Assembly: GCF_001194135.2 (NCBI RefSeq) | Contig: NC_068983.1 | Coordinates: forward strand, 6,840,551-6,895,392 | Origin: Octopus bimaculoides | Lineage: Eukaryota | Reading direction: 5' to 3' | Length of the DNA: 54,842 nt | Shown here: positions 11,761-24,044 of the stretch, piece by piece | How the letters are laid out: every line of letters begins with the position of its first letter | How positions within the stretch are numbered: the stretch's first letter is position 1 | The notes under the pieces: model-generated | The model's input: only the letters and a program-made list of their open reading frames with translations | The model's database searches: none | What the model was told of the DNA's origin: nothing | Position numbers and translations under genes: made by a program

Positions 11761-12020
11761 TTATTGTTAATCAACAAAACTGTGATATCAGAGGTGTGAG
11801 TGCATAGGAGGAACCTAGTTTCAGTGTGGCTAGACTGCAAGAAAGCTTTTGACTCTGTTCCCCACTCATGGATGCTAGAAGCCCTTCAACTCGTTAAAGT
11901 TCCAATGAGAATAGTCAAAGCCATAGCTAACCTGATTTCATCGTGGGCCACCATCTTAAAATTAAACAGAAAGAGTGACTGTATTATCATTGATAGAATA
12001 CAGTATCGCAAAGCCATATT
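11761..12020 (+). mobile_element. Non-LTR reverse transcriptase relic, R4/Dong-like (RLE class)
   Basis: LLINKTVISEV*VHRRNLVSVWLDCKKAFDSVPHSWMLEAL fits the RT KAFDSVPH motif context typical of R4-like elements. Clade is inferred. Confidence 0.8.
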
Positions 12021-12274
12021 CCTTTCTGTTGTTTACTTATTTGTTTTTGTATGTGTACATTCATTTGCCTTGCCCAAGGGGTTAATGCTTTTAGCCTGAG
12101 TCCTTGGCCCAGCCGGTTTCGAGTAGTATGGGAGATAAGTGGGTGAAATTACATGGACATTCCGGACTCTGACTGAAGAGGCAATTGGCTACGAATGATC
12201 CGTGCATCTTGTTTTGTCCTTTTTTCCGCATGCTGTATTCGGCCAACACGATTTCGAACTCTGAGTACCGCTAC

Positions 12275-12310
<36 letters not shown>

Positions 12311-12654
12311 GCTTCGTGCAATGGCCATACTTGATAACGAGGGGGCAGCCATCATGTGTGCGTGTGCGTGTTGTCATGGGAGCCAACTCTAGAGTGACTT
12401 TCCTTTAAAAAAAAACGGCAGGTAACTCAAAACAATTTTTGTTATTATTATTATTTTGATGGCGCATGTCAATTTGAGAGCCTGAAAACTGCTGGGCCTA
12501 AACTACATGAACATCAGCAGCTAAACGGTTACAAAAACAATAGTAGCAGCAGAATTGGTGCCAGTGACAGCGGCACCGATGACAAAAACAACGACGACAT
12601 CGAATATATAACGCAAATCCCTTGGACATTACTGTCTCAAGACCCAGGAGTCGT

Positions 12655-12870
12655 AGGGCCGGTTGCCCGGTTTCCATGTCATGTAAGAGGACGAGATCAC
12701 AACAAAGCCCCTAAGCAGGACACCAGTCCGCTGCAGAGTCGTTCAGGTTACAGGGTTGCAACTGATTCGACTGAAGCAACGTGAAATGAAGTGTTTTACT
12801 TTAGGAACACACCTCACAAACCAGTCTAGAAATCGAAACACTCTAACCATTAGGTCACGCGCCTTCCATT
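12655..12870 (-). mobile_element. tRNA-derived SINE family D, diverged
   Basis: Shares gcaacgtgaaatgaag and a ggcgcgtg...aatggttagagtg head with the copies at 15530-15720 and 51558-51770. Confidence 0.7.
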
Positions 12871-13753
12871 ACATCGAACATAAAGACAACAGCAACGATA
12901 GCAGACGACGGCGACAGTAGCAATCAACATTTTGTTATATTCAATCGTAGCTAAACTCTGAAATGAAACCCATACGAGAGCGACGAACAATAATAGACAA
13001 ACTCTAAAATGAAAGATTGGCTCCCAGAATTCAGCGAATTCGTATGAAAACGATGAATAATTCTGCTGTTCTTCAGATTAATATAACCATCTCACGTATG
13101 AACGAACTAAACTATATGCAGAAGATGTTAACCAATTAGACTTGTGATTACAATGAATGAAGGATTTATACAGGGGAAATTGGTGAGTGTAAGTGTGTAA
13201 TGGTTACGTTCAAGCGATAACTGTGTAATATATAGATGTACATCACGTAATATATTCCATGTACTTATAACCATATATTACGTAGTTTATGAAATTATAT
13301 TATGTGATGTATGGAGTTAGAAACAGCACGTAATGGAATTAGAAAAGTATGTAATATATAGAATGTAATGTAACAGTGGCGTATGGTTGCTGTTGTTGTT
13401 GTTGCAGACTGTGCTATCGTACTGAACCAACAAATCTAACATAAATTTTAATACAATACAGTTGTTGCCAGCCGTCATTCACAAGCGTGTACGCCTTGGG
13501 TAACTGGTATCATACACTAGTCACTTGTAATAGGTTCCTCTCTTAGTCGTGAGTAGACATCGATATTCTCTCGAGCCCCTGATCCTTGATCTATCGGCAC
13601 ATACAGGGTGTAACAGATGGAGGGAGAGTTGCACTAAATCTCACCTAGGTGTATGAGATGTTTCGGCGCTGCTCTTTTGGCGTCGCTGATTTGACACTGG
13701 CTTATTTGAGATGAGATGTTTTAATGTTTCGCTCATTTTAATATTTCTCTAAC

Positions 13754-13915
13754 TTTCTCTCTCCTCCTCCTTTCTCTCTCCTCCTCCTTTCTCTCTCCTC
13801 CTCCTTTCTCTCTCCTCCTCCTTTCTCTCTCCTCCTCCTTTCTCTCTCCTCTCCCTTTCTCTCTCCTCCTCCTTTCTCTCTCCTCCTCCTTTCTCTCTCC
13901 TCCTCCTTTCTCTCC
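13754..13915. repeat. 17-bp polypyrimidine minisatellite (tttctctctcctcctcc)n, about 9 copies
   Basis: Visible tandem units; explains the 17-aa periodic ORF 13733..14356. Confidence 0.9.
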
Positions 13916-14971
13916 CTCCCCCCTCTCTCTGTTTCTCTTTCCTCTCTCTGTTTCTCTCTCGCTCTCTCTGGTTCTCTCTCGCTCTCTCTGTTTCTCTTTC
14001 CCTCTCTCTGTTTCTCTTTCCCTCTCTCTATGTGTGTGTGAACGTCTAGTTATGTTTGTATGTATAATATCTCTCTCACCCCTCTCTCTCACTCTCTCAA
14101 TCTGTATGCGTATATTTCTGCGCACATGCATGTGTATGTATGTGCGCGCTTGCGTGTGTGTGTGTGATGTGCGTGTGCGTGACAGTGTGTGTGTGTGACA
14201 ATGTGTGTGTATGTGTGTGTATGTGTGTATGTGCTCTTGTGTGTGCATGCTTCTGTATATGTGTGTGTCTGTGTGTGTGTATGTGTGTGTGTGTGTATGC
14301 ATATGCTTGCACGCGCGCGTGCGTTTGCCTCCCGCGCCAAAAAGTACTGTCGCCAAAACAGGCCGAACACCCAGTCAGCTGCGCCAGATTCCCCGCCTCC
14401 AAACGGCTGCGCCCAATGGACTCCTTCCACCCGGTTTGTACTCAGACCAGAGCAACGTGAAACAAAGTACCCCGCTTATGGACGCAACATGTTGTCGGCG
14501 GGGTACACAAATTGAACCTTCGAACTTACGACGGCAAGTCGAACACTCTTGTAATCACCTTTTAATTATAGAATTATAGAATGTAACGTATGGAATTATA
14601 TTCTTTCGTATACAAAATTTCATTATATCAGAAGTACAGCCGTCACTCGCGAGCGAATATGACTTAGCAGTAAGTACTATGCTTTCACTAATCGTTTTAG
14701 GTGTCTCTGTAGTCGCGAGTAGACATAGATGCATTCTTGGTCCTTACACTCTTTGGCCAGTGGAACATCAAGTATGTGACAGTTGGAGGACGAGAAAACT
14801 GCTCATTTTCAGCTGAGTAAACCAGAACAATGTGAATTGAAGAGCCTTGCACAAGATCAAGGACACAATATTCTAATCATTAAGCCATGCTTCTCGTAAT
14901 TAGAGTAATTTCATGCACTGGTTAGTCCACATTACTCCGTAAGAAGCCGGTTTCTTGGTTTCTCTGGAATA

Positions 14972-15527
14972 TACGAGGGTGTACTGAAAAGTTTCTGGCC
15001 TAAAGGGTGTCATGAAAGGCCTGGTTGGAGGCCTAACCTTCCATGTTCTTTTACGATAAACGATAAACGTCGCCCTTTCAAAGCCTAGTCAGGCTCATGG
15101 GCCCGGTTTCCCGGTTTCTATGGCGTATGTGCCCCGCCCCCCCAGCTTGACGGGACGCCAGTCCATCGCAGCGTTACTCAAGAAACAGGATGAAAGAGTG
15201 GGAGAAAGTTGGGGCGAAAGAGTACAACAGGGGTCGCCACCACCCCACTGCCGGAGCCTGGTGGAGCTATTAGGTGTTTCGCTCAATAAACACACACAAC
15301 GCCCGGTCTGGGAATCGAAACCGCGATCCTCCGACCGCGTGTCCGCTGCCCTAGCCACTGGGCCATTGCGCCTCCACGTGTTCTTTTACAGGGCTTAGAA
15401 AAGCTGAAGGACTGTTGCAATAAGTGTGTAAATCAGAGAGTGGGATATGTTGAATAAAATCATAACTAACTGATCCTCCTGTATTTTCTTTCACCCAAAT
15501 CCAGGAACTTTTCAACGTCCCCTCGTA
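14972..15527 (+). mobile_element. Mariner-derived MITE with TA ends, split by a SINE insertion
   Basis: TIRs tacgagggtgtactgaaaagtttctgg and revcomp tacgaggggacgttgaaaagttcctgg; residual C-terminal frame GLEKLKDCCNKCVNQRVGYVE*. Confidence 0.88.
15055..15378 (-). mobile_element. SINE family C, tail type 2 (C2), with 11-bp TSD
   Basis: TSD tgttcttttac at 15044-15054 and 15379-15389; head gtggaggcgcaatggcccagtgg. Confidence 0.93.
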
Positions 15528-15529
15528 TA

Positions 15530-15720
15530 CTCTTCCCCTGAACGGGACTCCGGTCCGTGGCAGGGTTATTCATTTTCCCCAGCTGACTGGACTGGAGCAA
15601 CGTGAAATGAAGAGCTTTGCTCAAAAAAAAAAAAATTACGCAACGCCCGGTCCGGGAATCGAAATCACAATCGTACGAGCAGGAGTGTAGCACTCTAACC
15701 ATTAAGCCACGCGCCTCCAC
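15530..15720 (-). mobile_element. SINE family D, 3'-truncated
   Basis: Minus strand gtggaggcgcgtggcttaatggttagagtg...ttcgattcccggacc (A/B boxes)...cacgttgctccagtcc...accctgccacggaccggagtcccgttcagggg. Confidence 0.8.
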
Positions 15721-15909
15721 TTATACCGTGCATTACGTAATATAATACCATATATGGAATATACGAAATTACTGCACTAACTAGGTGGAATTATATTTAT
15801 TTAACGTGCAGTTATATATTACGTAATTTTTTGAATCATATTATCACGTGTAAGTAGTTACAAGTAACGTAATGAATGAAATTATATCTATCTATCTGTT
15901 TGTCTGTCC

Positions 15910-15961
<52 letters not shown>

Positions 15962-16763
15962 GACTATCCATCCATCCATCCATCCATCCATCCATCCATC
16001 CNNNNNNNNNNCTATCTATCTATCAATTTGTCTGTCTGCCCATCTGTATCTGTCTGTCTGTCTGTCTGTATGTATGTATGTATGTATGTATGTATGTTGG
16101 TAGGTGTATATGTACATGTATGTGTGTGAATGTGTGTATGTGTGCGTGTGCGTATGTGTGTGTGTGTGTATGTGTGTTTGCATGTATGTATATTATGTAT
16201 GGAATTACGTATATGTAATGTATGGAAAATTGTGTGCCGTGTAAGAGTGATAAGAAAGACAGCTTTAGAAATATTCAGGAATCAATGACCTCTTGAAGAT
16301 ATGTAACTCTTAGCATTAGCAGTGAGAGCACTTAACAGACGAGACTTATATATATATANNNNNNNNNNNNNNNNNNNNNNNNNNNNNNNNNNNNNNNNNN
16401 NNNNNNNNNNNNNNNNNNNNNNNNNNNNNNNNNNNNNNNNNNNNNNNNNNNNNNNNNNNNNNNNNNNNNNNNNNNNNNNNNNNNNNNNNNNNNNNNNNNN
16501 NNNNNNNNNNNNNNNNNNNNNNNNNNNNNNNNNNNNNNNNNNNNNNNNNNNNNNNNNNNNNNNNNNNNNNNNNNNNNNNNNNNNNNNNNNNNNNNNNNNN
16601 NNNNNNNNNNNNNNNNNNNNNNNNNNNNNNNNNNNNNNNNNNATATATATACTTATGAACATACATATATATGTGTATATATACATGCATATATGAGTAC
16701 AGGACGTCAAAAAATAAAACGTGAACAAAATGTGAAACGAGAACATAAAAGACAAGAACATGG

Positions 16764-17035
16764 ACTTAGCGGTTCTGCAGAAAGAGACGATAGAATAAGT
16801 ACCAGGTTTACAAAGAATAAGTCATGGGGTCGATTTGTTCGACTAAGGCCATGCTGGGGCACCGACTTGAAGGGTTTTTTTAGTCGATTGAATCGACCCC
16901 AGTACGTACTTAATTTAAAGCTGCTACTCAGTCTAACGGGTTCTTTTGCCGAACTGCTAGATAACGGGGACGTAAACACACCAATACAAGTTGTCAAGCG
17001 GTGAGGCACACATACTGAAGCAAAGACACACACAG

Positions 17036-17072
<37 letters not shown>

Positions 17073-17222
17073 ACGGGCTTCCTTCAATTTCCGCCTACCA
17101 AATCCACTCACAAGGCTTTGGTGGGCCTGAGGCTTTAGTAAGAGACGCTTGCCCAAGCTATCACGCAGTGGGACTGAATATGGAAGCGTGTGGTTAAGAA
17201 GCAAACTCCTTTCTACACAGCT
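16764..17222. mobile_element. Tail-to-tail fusion of two family A SINE pieces (+ 16764-16849, - 16847-17222)
   Basis: The plus piece ends gtcgatttgttcgactaaggc and joins directly to ggccatgctggggcacc of a minus-strand copy; they overlap by ggc. Confidence 0.8.
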
Positions 17223-17648
17223 ACGTCTGTGTCTGTACCTTCGCCTAGATGTAAATTAAATGTAGATTTTAAACCAATATTTTATGCATAGACAAACATA
17301 AACAACCCTTTATATACAGCATCACTGTATACAAGAAATGAGTGACCAGCTGGGCTCTTAACGCCGCGCCAGTAATATATTAATTGAAAAGACATCAAGA
17401 ATGCATTATGCGTGCAAATTTGTTTATTCAGTTTATTGAAGGCCTTAGAAACAACAGGTTTAAAATCAGCGCCTCTGACAATTAAACGGAGTATTCAATA
17501 ACTAATGAATTCACATGGCGGAATTGAAACAAATTCGGTTGATTCTTTGTTTAACTATCCAACATGAGACTACATAATAAAGACAAGGTGGCTGCATTTC
17601 CCCCACTTTATTTCTTTCTTTCTTTCTTTATTTCTTTATTTCTTTATT

Positions 17649-17691
<43 letters not shown>

Positions 17692-17919
17692 CCATGTATG
17701 TATGTATGTATGTATGTATGTATGTATGTATGTATGTATGCATGTATGTATGTATGTATACACACACTCATAGGTACACATATAAACACCTACAAACACA
17801 CACGCACACACACACACACAGACACACACACGCGCGCGCGCACACAAAGAAAGTCAGTATTGACTAAAATCCTGTTGGTATATTCAATAGCATTGAAATA
17901 AAATACTGTTAATGCACGA

Positions 17920-18035
<116 letters not shown>

Positions 18036-18511
18036 TATATATATGTATATATGTATGTATGCATGTATGTATGTATGCATGTATATATGTATATATGCGT
18101 GCTTTCTGGGTACGCGTGTATGTGCGTGTGCACGTATGTATTTGTAAGCGCGTATGTTTGTATGAATGAATGAATGAATGAATGTATGTACGTATGTATG
18201 TATATATGTTTACACACACACACATACACACACATATATACATATACATACATATTTATTTCTCCATATACAGAGGTCTGATATCATTGCACTGGTCGTA
18301 AATAAAATGACATTAGTTATATAGTCGCTATGCTATGATATACCTTAATGTAATTCAATTAGTTTAAAACGAATTTAAATGACTATAGAGGAAGACAAAG
18401 AAAATTAATGACACTATTGAGATTAAAACACATTATTACAGACGTTACTCGGAGACACCGTCTGCATGGAAAACAAAGAGTTAAGCTAGTGTGCTAACAG
18501 ATTTTAATATA

Positions 18512-18962
18512 GGAGTGGTTATGAGGTAAGAAGTTTGCTTCCCAGCCACATGGTTCCGGATTGAGTTACACTGCAAGGTACCTTGAGTAAGTGCCTTCTG
18601 CTATAGGCCCGGGCCTATCAATGCCTTGCGAAGGGATTTGGTGGCCGGAAACTGAAAGAAGCCCACCGTGCCGCAAATACCCAATTTTATTTTGGTTCGC
18701 AGGAGCAACTGTTTTTCGAACCCTCATATTGTCGTTAATTGCTCGAAATGAGGGGTAGATGAACAGCCGACAACTGATGAAGGGTCGTTCTTTATGTTAC
18801 TTGTCTTATTTTCCATTTGTTTCTCAATTGAGGACGATAGAATAAGTACTAGGCTTACAAAGAATAAGTCATGGGGTCGATTTCTTCTACTAACATCCTT
18901 TAAGGTGGTGCTCCAGCATGGCCGCAGTCAAATGAATGAAACAAGTAAAAGAATAAAAGAAT
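18512..18962 (+). mobile_element. SINE family A split by a family F fragment (~18670-18832)
   Basis: A head to gaaactgaaagaagccc, foreign segment, then gacgatagaataagtact...aaaagaataaaag. Confidence 0.75.
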
Positions 18963-19277
18963 CAAACAGTGTATAAGTATATATGTGTGTATGTATATAA
19001 GTATGTATGTATGTATGTATATCTATCTCTGTGTGTGTGTGAGTATATATATATATATATATAGATAGATAGATAGGCATAGATATAGATGTTCAGATAT
19101 ATAGATATACATGGGGAGGGGGCAAAAGTGATGCACCAATAAATTCGATATGCTCCGAAACTGTCAAAGATATGCTTCAATTATTCTAAAATTGAATAAA
19201 ATAAATAAAATCATAATGAATACACAGATACTTGTAAATGATGAACAAAATGAATAATAATTATGATAACCCTTTCT

Positions 19278-19473
19278 GCTAAGGCTTGAAATTTGGGGAA
19301 GGGGACTAGTCGATTAGATCGACCCCAGTACGCAACTGGTACTTAATTTATCGACCCCGAAAGGATGAAAGGCAAAGGCGACCTCGGAGGAATTTGAACT
19401 CAGAACATAGCGACGGGCGAAATACCGCTAAGCATTCCGTTCAGCGTGCTAACGATTCTGCCAGCTCGCCGCC
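19278..19473 (-). mobile_element. tRNA-derived SINE family B (tail type 2)
   Basis: Minus strand ggcggcgagctggcagaatcgttagc...tctgagttcaaattcc...aagtaccagttgcgtactggggtcgatctaatcgact. Confidence 0.9.
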
Positions 19474-19537
19474 TTAATCGATTTATAATAACGAAATATG
19501 AATTAAATGTCAAATACTTCGAGGCATGACTTGTTTT

Positions 19538-19592
<55 letters not shown>

Positions 19593-19931
19593 AATATATA
19601 TATATATTGTATGTGTATGTGTGTGTATGCTAGACAACTGCTGTTGGTTTGTTTATGCCCCCATAACTTGGCGGTTCGGCAGAAGAGAGGCGAAAGATCA
19701 AAAGACGTATTTAAGAAAAATAAGTACTAACGTCGATTTGGCCCATGCAGTGGGACTGAACTCGGAACCGTGTGGTTGGGAAGCCAACTTCTTACCACAC
19801 ATCCACTTGCAATCTTTATTAAACTATATAGTAGCAACAAGAAGTCTCACCGGTCAATCAAGGCGAGTTCTTCAAATGCCAAAGCCATAGCCTCTTCTAC
19901 CGTGATTTAGCACTCACGTTTATGGTATGTC

Positions 19932-20084
19932 TTGAATACCATGAATACCATAAACACCATATACACCACAAACATCTTGAACACCATGAATACCATGAAA
20001 ACCATGAACACATTGAACATCATGAAAACCATGAACACCATAGACACAATGAACACATTGAACAAATTGAACATCATGAACACT
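19932..20084. repeat. 9-bp minisatellite, consensus ATGAACACC, 17 units
   Basis: Units counted by hand from ttgaatacc (19932) to atgaacact (20076-20084). Confidence 0.92.
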
Positions 20085-20104
20085 AGTTGTTACTGGACTT
20101 CATT

Positions 20105-20237
20105 TACTGTTGAGTGAACTGGTGTAGCGTGAAATGCGGTGTTTCGATCAAAAAGACAAGGCACTACCTTGTACTAGATTCGAAATCACGATCTAACGAT
20201 CGTCAGTGCAAGTCGCTAATCACTAGTCCGTGCGACC
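20105..20237 (-). mobile_element. SINE family D head, diverged
   Basis: gcgtgaaatgcggtgtttcgatc...ttcgaaatcacgatc...ctaatcactagtccgtgcgacc parallels 15600-15720. Confidence 0.6.
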
Positions 20238-20599
20238 TACACTTCTCTTCTGACTAAGAAAAGCAAAAAAGATAAAAGGAAGACAGAGAGGAAAAGTGAG
20301 CAAAACAAACAACATCTGTCACGCTGCTATTCAAGTTATGATTTTTGTCATTGATTCCTTCAAGAACGCCTCTTAGTTTTGCCTCTACTCGGTGAGAGGA
20401 CAAATGCGTACAATTGGACGCTGATGATGTGGCACGACTGACTGGTCATTCAACCTGTTTTGGCGACTGTACGTTTTAGCACTGAAGGCAAACGCACACA
20501 CGCGTGCATTCCCGCACTCAGTACAGACAGAGTGGATGAGAGAGAAGGAAGAGAGAGAAACATTACACTTACTTACAAACATAACTAGAAATAAAACCA

Positions 20600-20667
<68 letters not shown>

Positions 20668-21188
20668 NNNNNNNNNNNNNNNNNNNNNNNNNNNNNNNNN
20701 NNNNNNNNNNNNNNNNNNNNNNNNNNNNNNNNNNNNNNNNNNNNNNNNNNNNNNNNNNNNNNNNNNNNNNNNNNNNNNNNNNNNNNNNNNNNNNNNNNNN
20801 NNNNNNNNNNNNNNNNNNNNNNNNNNNNNNNNNNNNNNNNNNNNNNNNNNNNNNNNNNNNNNNNNNNNNNNNNNNNNNNNNNNNNNNNNNNNNNNNNNNN
20901 NNNNNNNNNNNNNNNNNNNNNNNNNNNNNNNNNNNNNNNNNNNNNNNNNNNNNNNNNNNNNNNNNNNNNNNNNNNNNNNNNNNNNNNNNNNNNNNNNNNN
21001 NNNNNNNNNNNNNNNNNNNNNNNNNNNNNNNNNNNNNNNNNNNNNNNNNNNNNNNNNNNNNNNNNNNNNNNNNNNNNNNNNNNNNNNNNNNNNNNNNNNN
21101 NNNNTATATACTGATATATATTGATATATAGCACACACACACACACACATTACGTATGTATGCATGTATGTATGTATATACATGTGTG

Positions 21189-21220
<32 letters not shown>

Positions 21221-21839
21221 GCATATATATACATATACATATGCATATATATATATATATATATACGTACATACATACATGCACGCATTCATACATATAA
21301 CTCTGTGTGTGTATGTGTATGTGTGTATGTGTGTGTGTGTTTGTGTATACATGAACTGGAATAGTATTTCTCCTGTAAATGTCTTGAAACTGGAACAATT
21401 GCAATGTTCTAATGTTCTAACGTCCACACAGACACAAACACACATGCACACACATCTATGTGCAATATACACATACACACACCGTCATATTCATTTTTGC
21501 TTTATTTCGTAATAAATATTACATACAAACTCGTATTAATTATCCAAGATTTTCCTTGTATATTTTGTAACCTGGTCGCCATATATTCTGTTCCGTTACA
21601 TCGCTGGTATTTGGTTTATATTTCGGTGTAGGTTCATATGTGTGTGTGTGTGAGTACGTGCCCACCTCTGAAGACGGCTCTGCCCTGTTTCCTGTTCTAA
21701 ATCACGGGCCCTGGTTTTAGCACAGCCATAGTTGCAAAACATTGACTTTTCTGACGAAGCAACAACCAATAAATGTGCATTTACCATTATGGTAATGGTG
21801 ACACTGATGCTGGTTGTGTTTCAAAGGATGTTGTTCTTG

Positions 21840-22206
21840 GTGTGTGGTTGTGGTGGTGGGGGTGGCGTTGGTGTTCTTTTGTTGTTGTTGATGGATGGTG
21901 TTGGCGTTAGTGGTGTTGGTGGTGACGCTGGCGTTACACGTTGTGCTGTTGATGTCGGGGGTATTGGTGGCGGCGGGGGTTGATGGTAGTGATGGCGGTG
22001 ATAGTAGCTAGGATGGTAACGGCAGAGTGATTGCACCAGCAGCGGCGATGATGACGATGATGACGATGATGATGACGATGATGATGATGATGACGATGAC
22101 GATGATGGTGATGACGATGATGATGATGATGATGATGATGATGACGATGACGATGATGATGATGACGATGATGATGATGGTGATGATGATGACGATGACG
22201 ATGACG
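21840..22206. repeat. (GGT)/(GAT/GAC)n trinucleotide low-complexity tract
   Basis: Visible; runs into an N gap. Confidence 0.9.
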
Positions 22207-22692
22207 NNNNNNNNNNNNNNNNNNNNNNNNNNNNNNNNNNNNNNNNNNNNNNNNNNNNNNNNNNNNNNNNNNNNNNNNNNNNNNNNNNNNNNNNNNNNNN
22301 NNNNNNNNNNNNNNNNNNNNNNNNNNNNNNNNNNNNNNNNNNNNNNNNNNNNNNNNNNNNNNNNNNNNNNNNNNNNNNNNNNNNNNNNNNNNNNNNNNNN
22401 NNNNNNNNNNNNNNNNNNNNNNNNNNNNNNNNNNNNNNNNNNNNNNNNNNNNNNNNNNNNNNNNNNNNNNNNNNNNNNNNNNNNNNNNNNNNNNNNNNNN
22501 NNNNNNNNNNNNNNNNNNNNNNNNNNNNNNNNNNNNNNNNNNNNNNNNNNNNNNNNNNNNNNNNNNNNNNNNNNNNNNNNNNNNNNNNNNNNNNNNNNNN
22601 NNNNNNNNNNNNNNNNNNNNNNNNNNNNNNNNNNNNNNNNNNNNNNNNNNNNNNNNNNNNNNNNNNNNNNNNNNNNNNNNNNNNNNNNNNNN

Positions 22693-22747
<55 letters not shown>

Positions 22748-23200
22748 ACTTTTGGGTTTTGGCAAGCCTTGGTATTGAATTCTTGAGAAACAGAAGCGCG
22801 ATCAATTTTCCAGGAAGCCTCACTCTCGTGACACGAATCTATTAGTCATCCGATTGAAGCAGACGATGATTTTTTCGGCCGGGTGGAAATCTATGTAACC
22901 CAGGTACAGAATATTGGAAAACAGCAATGCAGTGGAAGGAAGCTAAATCAAATTAACATATCAATGTTGTCTACTTTCGCCTGAAGATATATTCGTTCTG
23001 GTTTTATTATATTCCATAGATATCATTCGTATTCTTCTAGTCTTTAGCAAAAAAAAAAGTTTTTATTCAAACGGCTAAAATTACGATGAAGCAGAAGGAC
23101 GAAAACAAAGCAATACAAAATAAAACAAGGCAAAAAAAGAAAGAAAAGGAATGAAAAAAGATTAGAAAATAGTTTCTCTTGATGATTGTTTCATCTGCAG

Positions 23201-23271
23201 GAATGGAAATCTTCACAGACTCTTTGATGTGTCGTCTTTCGTATCATTTCTCCTATGTCTCGTAGAATCAA
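23201..23271 (+). CDS. Candidate internal exon (unknown gene)
   Basis: Acceptor tttcatctgcag and donor gtgaga; one open frame, NGNLHRLFDVSSFVSFLLCLVES. Splice signals only. Confidence 0.2.
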
Positions 23272-23655
23272 GTGAGATCAGACACCAGAACCGCCCCGAG
23301 GGCTTTTTCTTTCTCTATTGATCCAGTCTTTCACCTCATCTCCAGTAAGTTCGTTTATAAGAAAAATTTCTCAAGAACCACAATATTCTACGATGCATTG
23401 GCTGTTTAAAGCTGTAATAATAATATTCTATCATTGAAATCCTGTTTGTTTATCTCTTCTTCATTTCTAACATCAGATAGTCTTATCCATTAGATTTATT
23501 CGATCCCTAACTTCGTAGCATCTCACTGAAATCCTGTTTATGTTTATCTCTTCTTGACTTCTAACATAAAGGGTCTTGTCCATAAAATACTTTCAATCCC
23601 TCACCTCGGAGCATCTCTTTTTCGTTCCGTTTCGTCTTCGTATACATGCACGCGC

Positions 23656-24044
23656 GTGGAGGCGCAAGGCCCATTGGTTAGGGCAGTGGACTCGTGGTCA
23701 TAAGATCGCAGTTTCGATTCCCAGATCGGGCGTTGTGAGTGTTTATTGAGCGAAAAACAGCTAAAAAGCTCCACAAGGCTCCGGCAGGGGATGGTGGCGA
23801 ACCCTGCTGTACTCTTTCACCACAACTTTCTCTCACTCTTACTTCCTGTTTCTGTTGTGCCTGTAATTCAAAGGGCCAGCCTTGTCACACTCTGTGTCAC
23901 GCTGAATATCCCCGAGAACTACGTTAAGGGGTACACGTGTCTGTGGAGTGCTCAGCCACTTGCACGTTAATTTCACGAGCAGGCTGTTCCGTTGATCGGA
24001 TCGATTGGAACCCTCGACGTCGTAAGCGACGGCGTGCCAACAAC
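23656..24044 (+). mobile_element. SINE family C1, full length, with 12-bp TSD
   Basis: TSD acatgcacgcgc at 23644-23655 and 24045-24056; tRNA-like A/B boxes; ends ccaacaac. Confidence 0.95.

Noticed and set aside
23656-23730. tRNA gene-like sequences at SINE heads (also 15300-15378, 30674-30745, 53516-53590)
   Set aside because: They have A/B boxes but no complete cloverleaf, and each continues into a SINE body.
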